Source of the DNA: an uncultured delta proteobacterium
Lineage (GTDB): Bacteria; Desulfobacterota; Desulfobacteria; Desulfobacterales; B30-G6
DNA: 64,000 bases
Direction of reading: 5' to 3'
Assembly: GCA_963823335.1 (NCBI GenBank)
Contig: CAWGLD010000001.1
Span: 1,792,001 to 1,856,000 of the forward strand
In this document: positions 47,935-58,863 of the stretch, one piece after another
How positions within the stretch are numbered: the first letter of the stretch is position 1
Layout of the letters: every line of letters starts with the position of its first letter
Program-made: the position numbers and the translations under genes
Notes under the pieces: model-generated
What the model was told of the DNA's origin: nothing
Databases searched by the model: none
The model's input: only the letters and a program-made list of their open reading frames with translations

Positions 47935-48939
47935 ATGGAAATGAACAGACATATCAAAACGTTAGCGGTATCTCTCTTCCTGTTTTCCATCTGTTTTTCA
48001 CTGCTGTTGTTGCCGCCTGCTGTAAATGCCGCCGAGGCAGTTACCTACCGCTTGAAATGGCTTTTCAACGCCAGTGTGATTGGTGACATCTATGCCGATG
48101 TTCAGGGGCATTTTAAAGCCCAGGGCCTGGATGTGACCGTCAAGGAGGGTGGTCCGGAAAGAGATGCCATCCGGGAACTGGAACTGGGGTATGCGTCATT
48201 TGGTGTGGCATCCGCCGACCAGGTAATTCGGGCCCTGGCCAAGGGCTCTCCCGTGGTCGTCATCGCTCAGCTGTTTCAGGTCAACCCGCTGCAATGGATA
48301 TACCGGACGGAGAATCTCGATATCACAGGTGCCCAAGACCTGAAGGGCAAGGTTGTCGGCATTACCTTTGGTGGTAACGATGAGACCATTATGCGTACAC
48401 TCATGGCAAAATCCGGGATTACAGAAAAAGATGTCAGTATCTTCAGTGTCAGGTATGATTATACGCCTTTTTATCAAAAGAGGGTGGATGTATGGCCAGT
48501 GTATCGAAATTCACAGGCACCGATTCTGGAGAAAAAACTTGGCGATCTCGGTGAGTCGGTGGGTTATTTCAACCCGGCCGCTCACGGCGTCAAGTTTGTT
48601 GCCAATTCTGTCGTGACCTCGAACCGGATGGTGGAAGCACATCCGGATGTCGTCGAGAAATTTACCCGGGCCCTGCTTCAGGGATGGGAGGAGGCCCTGG
48701 AACCGGACAATGAAGAACAGGTCCTGGAAACATTGAGACAATTCGACAAAGACACAGAATCCGATATCATGCGCCAGCAACTGGTGATTACCCGAAGCCT
48801 TATTAAACCTTTCAAGGAGACCCGCATAGGAACGATCGATCTGGAAGCCTGGCAGCAGACAGAGAAAATCATGCTGGAACAGAAGCAGATTCCGGGTCCG
48901 GTTGCGGTGGAAAAGGTTCTCAGAAAACCCTTTCCTTGA
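47935..48939 (+). CDS. ABC substrate-binding protein, NMT1/THI5-like
   Basis: Signal peptide, LKW, QGLDVTVKEGG, DLKGKVVG. Confidence 0.87.
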   Translation: MEMNRHIKTLAVSLFLFSICFSLLLLPPAVNAAEAVTYRLKWLFNASVIGDIYADVQGHFKAQGLDVTVKEGGPERDAIRELELGYASFGVASADQVIRALAKGSPVVVIAQLFQVNPLQWIYRTENLDITGAQDLKGKVVGITFGGNDETIMRTLMAKSGITEKDVSIFSVRYDYTPFYQKRVDVWPVYRNSQAPILEKKLGDLGESVGYFNPAAHGVKFVANSVVTSNRMVEAHPDVVEKFTRALLQGWEEALEPDNEEQVLETLRQFDKDTESDIMRQQLVITRSLIKPFKETRIGTIDLEAWQQTEKIMLEQKQIPGPVAVEKVLRKPFP

Positions 48940-48945
48940 TGGTGT

Positions 48946-49383
48946 ATGCCACATAATCAGCCCCCCTTCTGGAAGACAAAAACCCTGTCGGAATTGACCC
49001 GTCAAGAGTGGGAAGCCCTGTGTGATGGTTGCGGTCTCTGCTGCCTCCAGAAATTGGAAGACCGGAAAACCGGCCGGATCGATTACACGAACGTCTCCTG
49101 TTACCTGCTGGACACCATGCGTTGCCGCTGCCGCTCCTATGAGAACCGGATGCTTCTTGTCAGGGACTGCCTGGAACTGACGCCGGCCAAAGTGGCGAAG
49201 TTTCGCTGGCTTCCCAAAACCTGTGCCTACCGGCTGCTGGCAGCCGGCGAAGAGCTTTACTGGTGGCATCCCCTGGTTTCCGGGGATGTGGAAACCGTGC
49301 ATCAGGCAGGCATTTCCGCCAGGGACCGGGTTATTTCGGAGGAATATGTTCACCCGGATGATATCGCGGATTATATTATCTAA
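48946..49383 (+). CDS. YcgN family cysteine-cluster protein
   Basis: EWEALCDGCGLCC, WLPKTCAYR, WHPLVSG. Confidence 0.92.
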   Translation: MPHNQPPFWKTKTLSELTRQEWEALCDGCGLCCLQKLEDRKTGRIDYTNVSCYLLDTMRCRCRSYENRMLLVRDCLELTPAKVAKFRWLPKTCAYRLLAAGEELYWWHPLVSGDVETVHQAGISARDRVISEEYVHPDDIADYII

Positions 49384-49654
49384 CAACGAATCCTATAAAC
49401 TCAAAGAAGCCAACGAGCTCAATGAACTCAATGAGCACAGCAACTTTTGAAAAAGGGACATTTCAGGCCGGACGCGTTTTTGTACTGTCGGCGTGTCATT
49501 TTAATCACGATGCCTACTCAAGTTTTCTGGCACCCCTGCCGGGATTCCTTTTATTCTGATGCTGCCCAAATTAAATCGACCAGCGATTTAATTTTATTGA
49601 TCAGAAAGACCCGGCTTTGATATGCTGCCGCCAAAACGTGAAGGGAGGTTCGGC

Positions 49655-50077
49655 ATGGATGATTGTATTTTTTGCAAAATCGTTAAAGGCGATATTCCGA
49701 GTATCAAAATATATGAAGACGATCACGTAGTTGCATTCATGGACATCAATCCGGTTTCAGAAGGGCATGCCCTGGTAATTCCCAAAATGCATGCAGGGAA
49801 TTTATGGGAGATACCCGAGACAGCACTGACCGCAGTGCACAGGGTTTCAAAAAAGATTGTACGCGCCATGACAAAGGCAATGGGACCGGTATCGGTGGCG
49901 GTTATCCAGTTGAATGGCAGGGCGGTTAACCAGGTTGTCATGCATTACCATCTGCACCTGATTCCACGTGCCAGTGATGGTGAGGCACTCAAGTTGACCG
50001 CCTGGGAAATGATTCCCGGGGACATGGATGCCATCAGTCGAACCGGAGCGGCCATTGCCGCAGCAATTGAAAAATGA
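49655..50077 (+). CDS. HIT family hydrolase
   Basis: DCIFCKI, DINP, QVVMHYHLHLIPR. Confidence 0.93.
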   Translation: MDDCIFCKIVKGDIPSIKIYEDDHVVAFMDINPVSEGHALVIPKMHAGNLWEIPETALTAVHRVSKKIVRAMTKAMGPVSVAVIQLNGRAVNQVVMHYHLHLIPRASDGEALKLTAWEMIPGDMDAISRTGAAIAAAIEK

Positions 50078-50098
50078 CAAAGATCAAAAGGAGAACAA

Positions 50099-51223
50099 AT
50101 GAAAGAGATTAAGACAGTCGGGATTATCGGATTTGGTGTTATGGGAGCGGCCATCGGTATGAATGCGGCCATGTCGGGATACCGGGTGGTGTTCAAGGAA
50201 CTCAATGATGAACTGGTGCAGAGCATGTTTGACAAGTGGGTCGTCAAATCACTTGAAAAGCGGGTGGCACAGGGAAAAACAGCCCAGGCGGACATGGATG
50301 CCATAACGGGAATGATCATCGGAACCAGTCGTTATGAAGACCTTTCAGACTGTGATCTCATCATAGAAGCAGCCATAGAAAAGATGGACCTGAAAATACA
50401 GATATTTGAGGACCTGTCTTCAATTTGTCGGGAGGATGCAATCCTGGTCAGCAACACCTCGACGTTTCTGATTGAGACCCTCATGGCCAAGGCGACCCAT
50501 CAAGAGCGAACCGCAGGCTTGCATTATTTCTTTCCAGCCAATATCAATCGGCTGGTGGAAGTGATTCGCCAGAAAAATACCAGCGATGACACCTATCAGG
50601 CTCTGATGACATTTGCTGAAAAATGCCGCAAGACAGCCATTACGGTAAAAGATTTTCCCGGTTTTGCCATTAACCCGCTATTTATTTCCAGCTATATGGT
50701 GCTGGACTCATTTCTGGGCCAACCCTATAATGTCGCCACCCTGGAAAGTATATCCCAGGAAGCACTCAATGTTCGCTATGGTATCATGTGGGTTCAAAAC
50801 GGATCAGGACTGGGGACCTGCTACCACGCAGGCGTGTCCATGTTCGACTACCTGAACGGATCGGATCTCGGTTATCCAAAAGTGCCGGATCAGCTCAAGA
50901 CACAATTTGAAAGCGGCACCCCATGGAACCTGACGGATGGTGAGGTCATGGCGGATCAGCAAGCCAGGGACCTGGTCAAAGACCGTCTCCTGGGAAATGT
51001 TTTCACCATAGCGACCCATCTGGTGGAAAATGATGTGGTTTCAGTGACAGATCTGGAACTGGGTGTCTGTACGGCCTTGGCATGGCCAAGAGGACCCTTT
51101 GGTATGATGAACGATCTGGGCATGGAAGAGACGACCCGCTTGGTTCAGCAGTCCGTGGCCGTGGGGGACTACAAGATGCCCAAAAGATTTCAGGCAGGCA
51201 TACCGGAGGCCTGGAAACTATAA
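50099..51223 (+). CDS. 3-hydroxyacyl-CoA dehydrogenase family protein
   Basis: GFGVMG, IEAAIE, SNTST, GLHYF, two C-terminal helical domains. Confidence 0.88.
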   Translation: MKEIKTVGIIGFGVMGAAIGMNAAMSGYRVVFKELNDELVQSMFDKWVVKSLEKRVAQGKTAQADMDAITGMIIGTSRYEDLSDCDLIIEAAIEKMDLKIQIFEDLSSICREDAILVSNTSTFLIETLMAKATHQERTAGLHYFFPANINRLVEVIRQKNTSDDTYQALMTFAEKCRKTAITVKDFPGFAINPLFISSYMVLDSFLGQPYNVATLESISQEALNVRYGIMWVQNGSGLGTCYHAGVSMFDYLNGSDLGYPKVPDQLKTQFESGTPWNLTDGEVMADQQARDLVKDRLLGNVFTIATHLVENDVVSVTDLELGVCTALAWPRGPFGMMNDLGMEETTRLVQQSVAVGDYKMPKRFQAGIPEAWKL

Positions 51224-51228
51224 ATAAT

Positions 51229-51316
51229 AGACTGTAGGTGTTTAGACTATTAGGCTTATAGCAGCCTACAGCCTAACAGTCTAACAGTCTAACAGTCTAA
51301 TAGCCTAAAAGCCTAA
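51229..51316. repeat. 8-mer tandem/inverted repeat (CAGTCTAA-type)
   Basis: TTAGACTATTAGGCT followed by AGCCTAAC AGTCTAAC AGTCTAAC AGTCTAAT AGCCTAAA AGCCTAA. Confidence 0.75.
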
Positions 51317-51317
51317 T

Positions 51318-52106
51318 ATGTCAGACTATTATCAGATCCTGGGGGTCTCGACCGATACGGAACCGGAGAAAATCAAGCAGGCATACCGGGACCTTGCGTT
51401 CAAATACCATCCAGACCGCAACAAGGAACAGCCCGAAACAGCTGAAAAGATGAAACAGATCAATGAGGCTTACGCGGTGCTTTCCAATGCCCAAAAACGT
51501 CGTGAGTATGACTCCCTGCGCCAAACGTTCGGCTCGTCGGCCCGTCATCGATTCCGCCAGAACTATACTGAACAGGATATTTTCAGCGGTTCGGATATCC
51601 ACAGGATTCTGGAGGAAATGGCCAAATCCTTTGGTTTTCGAGGGTACCATGACATTTTCAGGGAATTTTACGGCAAAGGATATCAAACCTTTGAAATTAA
51701 ACGACCCGGTTTTTTCATGGGGGGCTTTATTTTTTCGGGGCCCATGGGCAGGCGTCATGCTCCCGCAGGACGTCTGCCTTTTGCCGGGCGTTCCTTTCTG
51801 CGCCTGGCTCGGCATGCTTTTGAAAGGCTATCCGGTTTGAGCCCCCAGACAAAAGGAAGGGATCTTTACGAGGTGATCCATATCGACACCGCTCTTGCGC
51901 AAACGGGCGGACCCTATGCGTTCTATCATCGGAAACAGTCTAAAAAGCTCGTGATCACAATTCCCGGCGGCGTGCGGGACGGCCAGAAAATTCGACTGGC
52001 GGGTATGGGAGAAAACGGAAAGAGCGGCGCCGTGCCGGGCGACCTGCTTCTTAAAGTACGCCTTAAGAAACCGTTGCTGGAACGTATCAGACAGCTCATC
52101 TCATAA
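51318..52106 (+). CDS. J-domain protein (CbpA/DnaJ class B-like)
   Basis: DYYQILGV, HPD, C-terminal IPGGVRDGQKIRL..GDL; no Zn finger. Confidence 0.9.
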   Translation: MSDYYQILGVSTDTEPEKIKQAYRDLAFKYHPDRNKEQPETAEKMKQINEAYAVLSNAQKRREYDSLRQTFGSSARHRFRQNYTEQDIFSGSDIHRILEEMAKSFGFRGYHDIFREFYGKGYQTFEIKRPGFFMGGFIFSGPMGRRHAPAGRLPFAGRSFLRLARHAFERLSGLSPQTKGRDLYEVIHIDTALAQTGGPYAFYHRKQSKKLVITIPGGVRDGQKIRLAGMGENGKSGAVPGDLLLKVRLKKPLLERIRQLIS

Positions 52107-52117
52107 TAAAACGCGGT

Positions 52118-53059
<942 letters not shown>

Positions 53060-53223
53060 TCATATTCTATTTTTCCTCGCTTATAAGCTATTTTTTGCAT
53101 CTGTGCAAGCCGTGCGAAATATGCCATTGTCGAAAGACCGTATTTGGTATATGACCACCGTAGTCAAAACGATGTTTGAGATAGCTTCTAAGTATCATAG
53201 AGAAAATATCGGAATACGATGCA

Positions 53224-54984
53224 ATGAGAGAAAAGAAGAAAAGTCTGGTCGATGTGATCATGGTAAACATGCTGTTAATGATCAGCCTTCCTCTGATTCT
53301 TATGGGTGTTATCGCTGTTTTCGGCGAGTATCATTTTTTCCGTCAGGAACGCGATGACATTAAAAAGGCCTATATCCTGGAGCAGGAAGCGATTTTCAAG
53401 CACGAAGTTGAGAAAGCCATCGACTATATTCGGTGGACACGCAAACAGCATGGGTCTTCTGGTGATGAACAGGAATCCGAGATGCTGAGCTGGATATCCA
53501 GGATACGGTTTCATAACAAGGGCCGGCTACCTGGATTCCTGTTCGTAAGAACCCTCGATGGTACTCAGCTCATGAGCATCAGCCGTCCCGAACTCATCGG
53601 CAAAGACATTTCGCTTCTGACAGATCCCGAGGGTATTAATTCGCACCAGCTCTTTTTGAAAGCCATCGATAATCCCGGGGGAGGGTTTGTCGATTATTCG
53701 TGGTTCAATCCCAGCACACGGAAAGTGGAGTTGAAACGATCTTTTGCCAAAAGCGTACCTGAGCTGGGGTGGTATGTTGGCGCAGGTTTCTGGTTTGGTG
53801 ATATCAAACGGGTCATTTTCGATAAGCAACTGGATTTCAGAAACAAGGTCATGAAGGAAGTTTCGACCATTTCTCTGCTCCTTTCGGCCATGTTCCTGGT
53901 CCAGTACCTGGTGTACCGCGTGATGATGCGCAAAATTCGGGGCAATTTTCATCAGTTTGTCGAGTTTTTCAATACATCGACCACGGCTGCTGCCATGATG
54001 GACACGACTAACCTCAATTATTCAGAGTTTGTCAACACGGCCAAATCCGCCAACCAGATGATACAGGATCGGGATTCAGCCGAACAGGCATTGCGTGACA
54101 GCGAGAACCGTTACCGGTCAATTATCGAAAACATCGATGAAGGGTATTTTGAAGTGGATCCGGACGGGAACATCACCTTTGTCAATGAGCGCATGGGCGA
54201 TATTATGGGGTATTCCAGGGAAGAACTGACCAAAATGAACAGTGCGGATATGCTGGAGGAGAAGGATGTAGAAAAAGTGTTCGAGCATTTTGCAGATGTC
54301 TACAATACTGACGCTCCGCAACCGGAATTCACCTGTCTGATCAAGCGTAGGGATGGAACGTGGAAATTTGTGGGTCTCACACCTACGGTCATTAAGGACA
54401 CTCAGGGGAGAAAAATAGGCTTGCGCAGTATTGTCAGAGATGTGGACAGACAAAAGAAATATGAAGAGAACCTGATCTATCTGGCATACCATGATGCACT
54501 GACGGGATTGAAGAACAGGAAGGCGTTCTATGAGCAGTTACAGGACGCTATTTACCACGCCAAACGGTATGGCACTGAACTTGCTTTGATCTATATCGAT
54601 ATCGACAAATTCAAGAAAGTCAACGACACCCTGGGGCATGAAATCGGTGATGTGCTATTGCTGGAGATCCGGGACCGGCTGCAGAACACGCTGCGTAAAA
54701 CCGATTTTGTATCACGAATCGGCGGCGATGAATTTGTCGTTCTGGTGGACAACCCGCATAATTTCCATCCCGCAGCCATCGCAGAAAAAATAGTCAAAAG
54801 TCTCTCAGAACCGTATGATCTCAAGGGCAATATTATCGATTACATTTCCTCCAGTGTCGGCATCAGTGTTTTCCCCACCGATGCTGTAGACATAGACAGC
54901 CTGGTCAAAAAGGCGGATCAGGCCATGTACATGGCCAAGGAAAAGCGCAATGGTTATGTCAGCTACGCGGAAGCTAACAAATGA
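53224..54984 (+). CDS. Cache-PAS-GGDEF diguanylate cyclase
   Basis: TM-Cache-TM, PAS, DALTGL.NR, RKTD I-site, GGDEF. Confidence 0.93.
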   Translation: MREKKKSLVDVIMVNMLLMISLPLILMGVIAVFGEYHFFRQERDDIKKAYILEQEAIFKHEVEKAIDYIRWTRKQHGSSGDEQESEMLSWISRIRFHNKGRLPGFLFVRTLDGTQLMSISRPELIGKDISLLTDPEGINSHQLFLKAIDNPGGGFVDYSWFNPSTRKVELKRSFAKSVPELGWYVGAGFWFGDIKRVIFDKQLDFRNKVMKEVSTISLLLSAMFLVQYLVYRVMMRKIRGNFHQFVEFFNTSTTAAAMMDTTNLNYSEFVNTAKSANQMIQDRDSAEQALRDSENRYRSIIENIDEGYFEVDPDGNITFVNERMGDIMGYSREELTKMNSADMLEEKDVEKVFEHFADVYNTDAPQPEFTCLIKRRDGTWKFVGLTPTVIKDTQGRKIGLRSIVRDVDRQKKYEENLIYLAYHDALTGLKNRKAFYEQLQDAIYHAKRYGTELALIYIDIDKFKKVNDTLGHEIGDVLLLEIRDRLQNTLRKTDFVSRIGGDEFVVLVDNPHNFHPAAIAEKIVKSLSEPYDLKGNIIDYISSSVGISVFPTDAVDIDSLVKKADQAMYMAKEKRNGYVSYAEANK

Positions 54985-55062
54985 TGCTCAGGGCGACACC
55001 TGCTATCATTATAATATACTTGACAATTATTAATAACTATACTAAATAATTAAAAAATTCCG

Positions 55063-55148
55063 CTGCACAAGGGCGTGTGGTCGGGGCTATAAAAGAGACA
55101 AAGGCGTCTGGTTCTGTGTATGCACAGGACGGCGCCTTTCTTTGTTTT
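55063..55148 (+). promoter_or_regulatory. ANTAR-type dual-hexaloop leader with overlapping intrinsic terminator
   Basis: CAC-AAGGGC-GTG and AGAC-AAAGGC-GTCT hairpins; the second overlaps the AAAGGCGTC/GGCGCCTTT stem followed by CTTTGTTTT. Confidence 0.75.
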
Positions 55149-55192
55149 ACGAACGCCTATAACCACAAGAACATCAGACCAAGGAGAGCAAC

Positions 55193-56845
55193 ATGAGATT
55201 TGTAAAATCAAACGATGTACTGGGAACCACCAACAGGGGAAACCCTACGGAATCAGGGTTGTGCACTTTGTGCCGGGCCGACTGCCAGGGCAAGTGTGAA
55301 GTCTGGCTGTCAAGCCTTGTGGGCCGGAAACTCCTCTATCCACGCAGCTACGGTATCGTGACGGCCGGAGCCAACAATACGACACATGTGGGCGTTTCCT
55401 ATAATTCTCTTCGCATTCAGGGATATGCGTATGGATCTCATGGTCTGAACAGTCGACTGACCAGCGATCCGGATGACTGCATCTTTCCCAACGTGAAGCT
55501 CGAAACGGAATTTGGCAACGAGATCAAGACCAAGGCGCGTATACCGCTCATGACCGGAGCCCTTGGGTCCACCTTTGTGGCGGCCAAGTACTGGGAATCT
55601 TTTGCGGTTGGTGCAGCACTGGCCGGAATTCCTGTTGTAATCGGGGAGAACGTTGTGGGTGTCGATCTGGAGTCGGAAATCGATCCTTCAACGGAAAAGA
55701 AAGGCAAAATTAAAAAGGCACCTGAGCTGGAGCGGCGCATTGACAGCTACTTCAGATATTTCGACGGGTATGGCGGGCTTTTCGTGCAGTTGAACGTGGA
55801 GGATACCCGTAATGGGGTGGCGGAATTTGTGGCCGACAAATACGGGGACAAGTGTATCATCGAGTTGAAATGGGGACAGGGGGCCAAGGATATCGGTGGT
55901 GAGATCCAGGTCACGAGTCTCGAATATGCCCAGTTCCTGCAGGACAGGGGCTATGTGGTGGACCCGGATCCCTCGCTTCCGGAGGTCCAGAAGGCCTTCG
56001 AAACACGCTCGGTCAAATCGTTTGCCCGGCACAGCCGGCTGGGGGGTACCAACCTTTCTACGGTGGAGAAGGTCCGTGAGGACTTCATGAGCTCGGTTGT
56101 CTATCTACGAAGTCTTGGTTTTAAGCGCGTATCTCTCAAAACCGGTTCCTACGGCATGGAAGAGCTGGCCATGGCCATCAAATTCGCAACCGATGCCAAG
56201 CTGGATCTTCTGACCATCGACGGATCCGGGGGTGGTACCGGCATGAGTCCCTGGAACATGATGCAGAGCTGGGGTGTCCCTTCCATCAACCTGCACGCCA
56301 AGGCCTATGAATATGCCAACATATTGGCGGCCAAAGGGCACCGGGTGGTGGATATGTCGTTTGCCGGCGGGTTTGCCCAGGAAGACAGTATTTTCAAAGG
56401 TCTTGCACTGGGGGCACCGTATACCAAGCTGATCTGTATGGGGCGGGCACTTATGATACCGGGATTTGTGGGGGCAAACATTGAAGGTGCCCTGTTCCCT
56501 GAAAAAAGAGGAGACCTGAACGGCCACTGGGCAGAGCTTCCCAAGAGTGTCCTGAGGGTGGGAAATGCCGCCACGGAAATTTTTTCGTGCTACCATGACG
56601 TTGAAAAGAAACTCGGAAAAGATGAAATGACCCATGTCCCCTATGGTGCCCTTGCCATGGTTACCATGGTAGATAAGCTTTATGGTGGTCTGCAGCAGCT
56701 ATTGGCCGGTGCTCGCAAATTCGATGTCAAGAACATTGCCCGGGGGGATATTTTTTCCGGCAACCGGGAGACAGCCAGAGAAACCGGTATTGCACACATG
56801 TGCGATGCCAATGACGAAAGTGCAAAGAAGATACTCAATTCCTAA
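55193..56845 (+). CDS. FMN-binding glutamate synthase family protein
   Basis: N-terminal CxxCxxxCxxxC, IELKWGQGAK..GG, IDGSGGGTG, KGLALGA. Confidence 0.88.
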   Translation: MRFVKSNDVLGTTNRGNPTESGLCTLCRADCQGKCEVWLSSLVGRKLLYPRSYGIVTAGANNTTHVGVSYNSLRIQGYAYGSHGLNSRLTSDPDDCIFPNVKLETEFGNEIKTKARIPLMTGALGSTFVAAKYWESFAVGAALAGIPVVIGENVVGVDLESEIDPSTEKKGKIKKAPELERRIDSYFRYFDGYGGLFVQLNVEDTRNGVAEFVADKYGDKCIIELKWGQGAKDIGGEIQVTSLEYAQFLQDRGYVVDPDPSLPEVQKAFETRSVKSFARHSRLGGTNLSTVEKVREDFMSSVVYLRSLGFKRVSLKTGSYGMEELAMAIKFATDAKLDLLTIDGSGGGTGMSPWNMMQSWGVPSINLHAKAYEYANILAAKGHRVVDMSFAGGFAQEDSIFKGLALGAPYTKLICMGRALMIPGFVGANIEGALFPEKRGDLNGHWAELPKSVLRVGNAATEIFSCYHDVEKKLGKDEMTHVPYGALAMVTMVDKLYGGLQQLLAGARKFDVKNIARGDIFSGNRETARETGIAHMCDANDESAKKILNS

Positions 56846-56883
56846 AAAGATGAGGGCCTGGATTTCCAGGCCCTCATCTTTTT
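56846..56883 (+). terminator. Rho-independent terminator
   Basis: AAAAGATGAGGGCCTGGA-TT-TCCAGGCCCTCATCTTTTT. Confidence 0.85.
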
Positions 56884-57011
56884 ATCTTGCTGCTATTTCA
56901 GTTCAATTGCCCTGCCCTTCTTGACAATTTATAATCATTCCTTAGCATTATAAAATACCACTAAGTGGCAGTTTCCTATAAGCCATAACTACTAAAATCA
57001 GAATGTAACTA

Positions 57012-57037
57012 CATGATATTTTAGATCTAATATCATG
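57012..57037. promoter_or_regulatory. Palindromic candidate operator
   Basis: CATGATATT-N8-AATATCATG upstream of the AGGAGG RBS. Confidence 0.35.
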
Positions 57038-57061
57038 ACAATCTTGTATTAGGAGGATCAT

Positions 57062-57358
57062 ATGATTATTCATCAGAGGGAAATCGGTTACGGAGAGAAT
57101 TACCCCATGTTTTTCGAGGCGCTTGTCAAGGCCAAGACATATCTGGAAAAAAAATATCCTGAAATATCGGTAGAACTCATGTACAACCTGGCAGGGCAGA
57201 GAGGCTATGCAACGATTCAGACGCGCTATGCTTCGCTGGCCGACTATGAGCGAATCGATGCTGAAGTAGACAACGATGAGGAATATTCGAAGCTGTTCGA
57301 GTCTATTATAGGCGCTGATGCGGACCTGCCCGTAGATCAGTTCTATCGCGTAATTTAA
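57062..57358 (+). CDS. Hypothetical protein (possible dimeric alpha-beta barrel)
   Basis: 98 aa, AGGAGG RBS, Y.SLADYE pattern. Confidence 0.7.
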   Translation: MIIHQREIGYGENYPMFFEALVKAKTYLEKKYPEISVELMYNLAGQRGYATIQTRYASLADYERIDAEVDNDEEYSKLFESIIGADADLPVDQFYRVI

Positions 57359-57487
57359 TCCCACAGCCAATTAAGACGATGGCGCATAACTGCATCGAGC
57401 TGGCGAACTGTCTCGTTTCTTCAGGTTCGATGCAATTGTGAAGTGAAAATGTCCTGCCATTCGTTCAACCAAGGAGAATATTGAATT

Positions 57488-58150
57488 ATGAGCTTACAAG
57501 AAAAACTGGATGCCCAGAGAAACCAATTTGAATCAAGCGTACCACCTGAAGCCTTGACGATTATGCATCGTTCTACCGGCGACCTGATACGTACGGGAAT
57601 TATGAAGCGTGTCTTGAAAGTGGGAGACAAAGCTCCAGAATTTTCACTTCCCGATCAAGACGGAATTCTGATCAACTCATCAGAGTTGCTGGGAGAAGGG
57701 CCTCTGGTCGTCAATTTTTACCGCGGCGTATGGTGACCGTATTGTAATCTGGAGCTGGAAGCTCTACAGAATGTTGCTTCCGATATCGATGCTCAGGGCG
57801 CTTCGATCATAGTGATTTCACCTCAGCTTGAGAAATTTTCAAAGCAGGTGATCAAGAAACACAACCTGACATTTCGTGTGATAGGTGATAAACAGAACAA
57901 GGTTGCAGAGCAATTCGGTCTTGTATTCCGTCTGCCTGATGATTTGCGTGAACTGTATCGTAATTTTGGGTTGGACCTCGAGAGATTCAACGGTGACGAC
58001 TCATGGACATTGCCGATGCCGGGTAGATTCATTCTGAGTCAAAAAGGAACAATCCTCAGTGCCCATGTAGATCCTGATTATACAAAAAGACCAGAACCAT
58101 CTGACATAATAAACATATTAAAATCAGCCGTGCTAAAACAGCAGCACTGA
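57488..58150 (+). CDS. AhpC/TSA-like peroxiredoxin-family selenoprotein (UxxC)
   Basis: ORFs 57488-57736 and 57812-58150 share a frame; FYRGVW-TGA-PYCNLEL puts TGA (57734-57736) at the first Cys of the WCPYC motif. Confidence 0.85.
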
Positions 58151-58236
58151 TTGGAATATGCGGTGTCGTACGCCTTGCAGGACCAGGAAAATTAGATTAA
58201 CGGACAAGAAATGGCGGTGTATTGAAAGGAGAAAAA

Positions 58237-58845
58237 TTGAAGCTTTTGATAATTGGTGGCAAAGGCACAATTGGAAAAAAAGTGAGCGCTCATTTCTCAA
58301 GCAAACATGAAATTATTATTGCCGGTAGGAGTTCCGGCGATGTCACTGTAGATATTGCGGATCCCGAATCTATTAAAGCCATGTTTGAATCCATCGGAAA
58401 AATGGATGCCATTCTATGTATTGCAGGAGAAGCAAAATGGGCGCCATTTGATTCATTGACCGAGGAAGATTTCTATATCGGGCTGAGGAGTAAGTTGATG
58501 GGGCAGGTAAATCTCGTAAGAATCGGACAGGATTACTTGAACAGCAGAGGATCTTTTACGCTTACGACCGGGATACTGGCAGATTATCCCGTGCTTATGA
58601 CCACAAGTGCCGCCATGGTAAATGGTGGAATTCACAGTTTCGTTAAGGCCGCGGCCTTGGAATTGAAGAATGAACTTAGAATCAATGTGGTTTCATCTGG
58701 ATTGGTTGAAGATGCGCTGGAAAAATATGAGACCTATTTCCCTGGTCATAATCCCATACCTATGAAAAAAGTGATAAATGGGTATGTAAAAAGTGTTGAG
58801 GGGCAAGGAACCGGAGAGATAATCAGAATGTATGATAATTGCTAA
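58237..58845 (+). CDS. Short-chain dehydrogenase family protein
   Basis: IIGGKGTIG, SKLMGQVNL, RINVVS. Confidence 0.87.
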   Translation: MKLLIIGGKGTIGKKVSAHFSSKHEIIIAGRSSGDVTVDIADPESIKAMFESIGKMDAILCIAGEAKWAPFDSLTEEDFYIGLRSKLMGQVNLVRIGQDYLNSRGSFTLTTGILADYPVLMTTSAAMVNGGIHSFVKAAALELKNELRINVVSSGLVEDALEKYETYFPGHNPIPMKKVINGYVKSVEGQGTGEIIRMYDNC

Positions 58846-58863
58846 ACAGGATAAAGAATTGAC

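Noticed and set aside
57488-58150. Pseudogene or two separate small genes
   Set aside because: A single in-frame TGA exactly at the catalytic Cys position plus a SECIS-like stem favours selenocysteine
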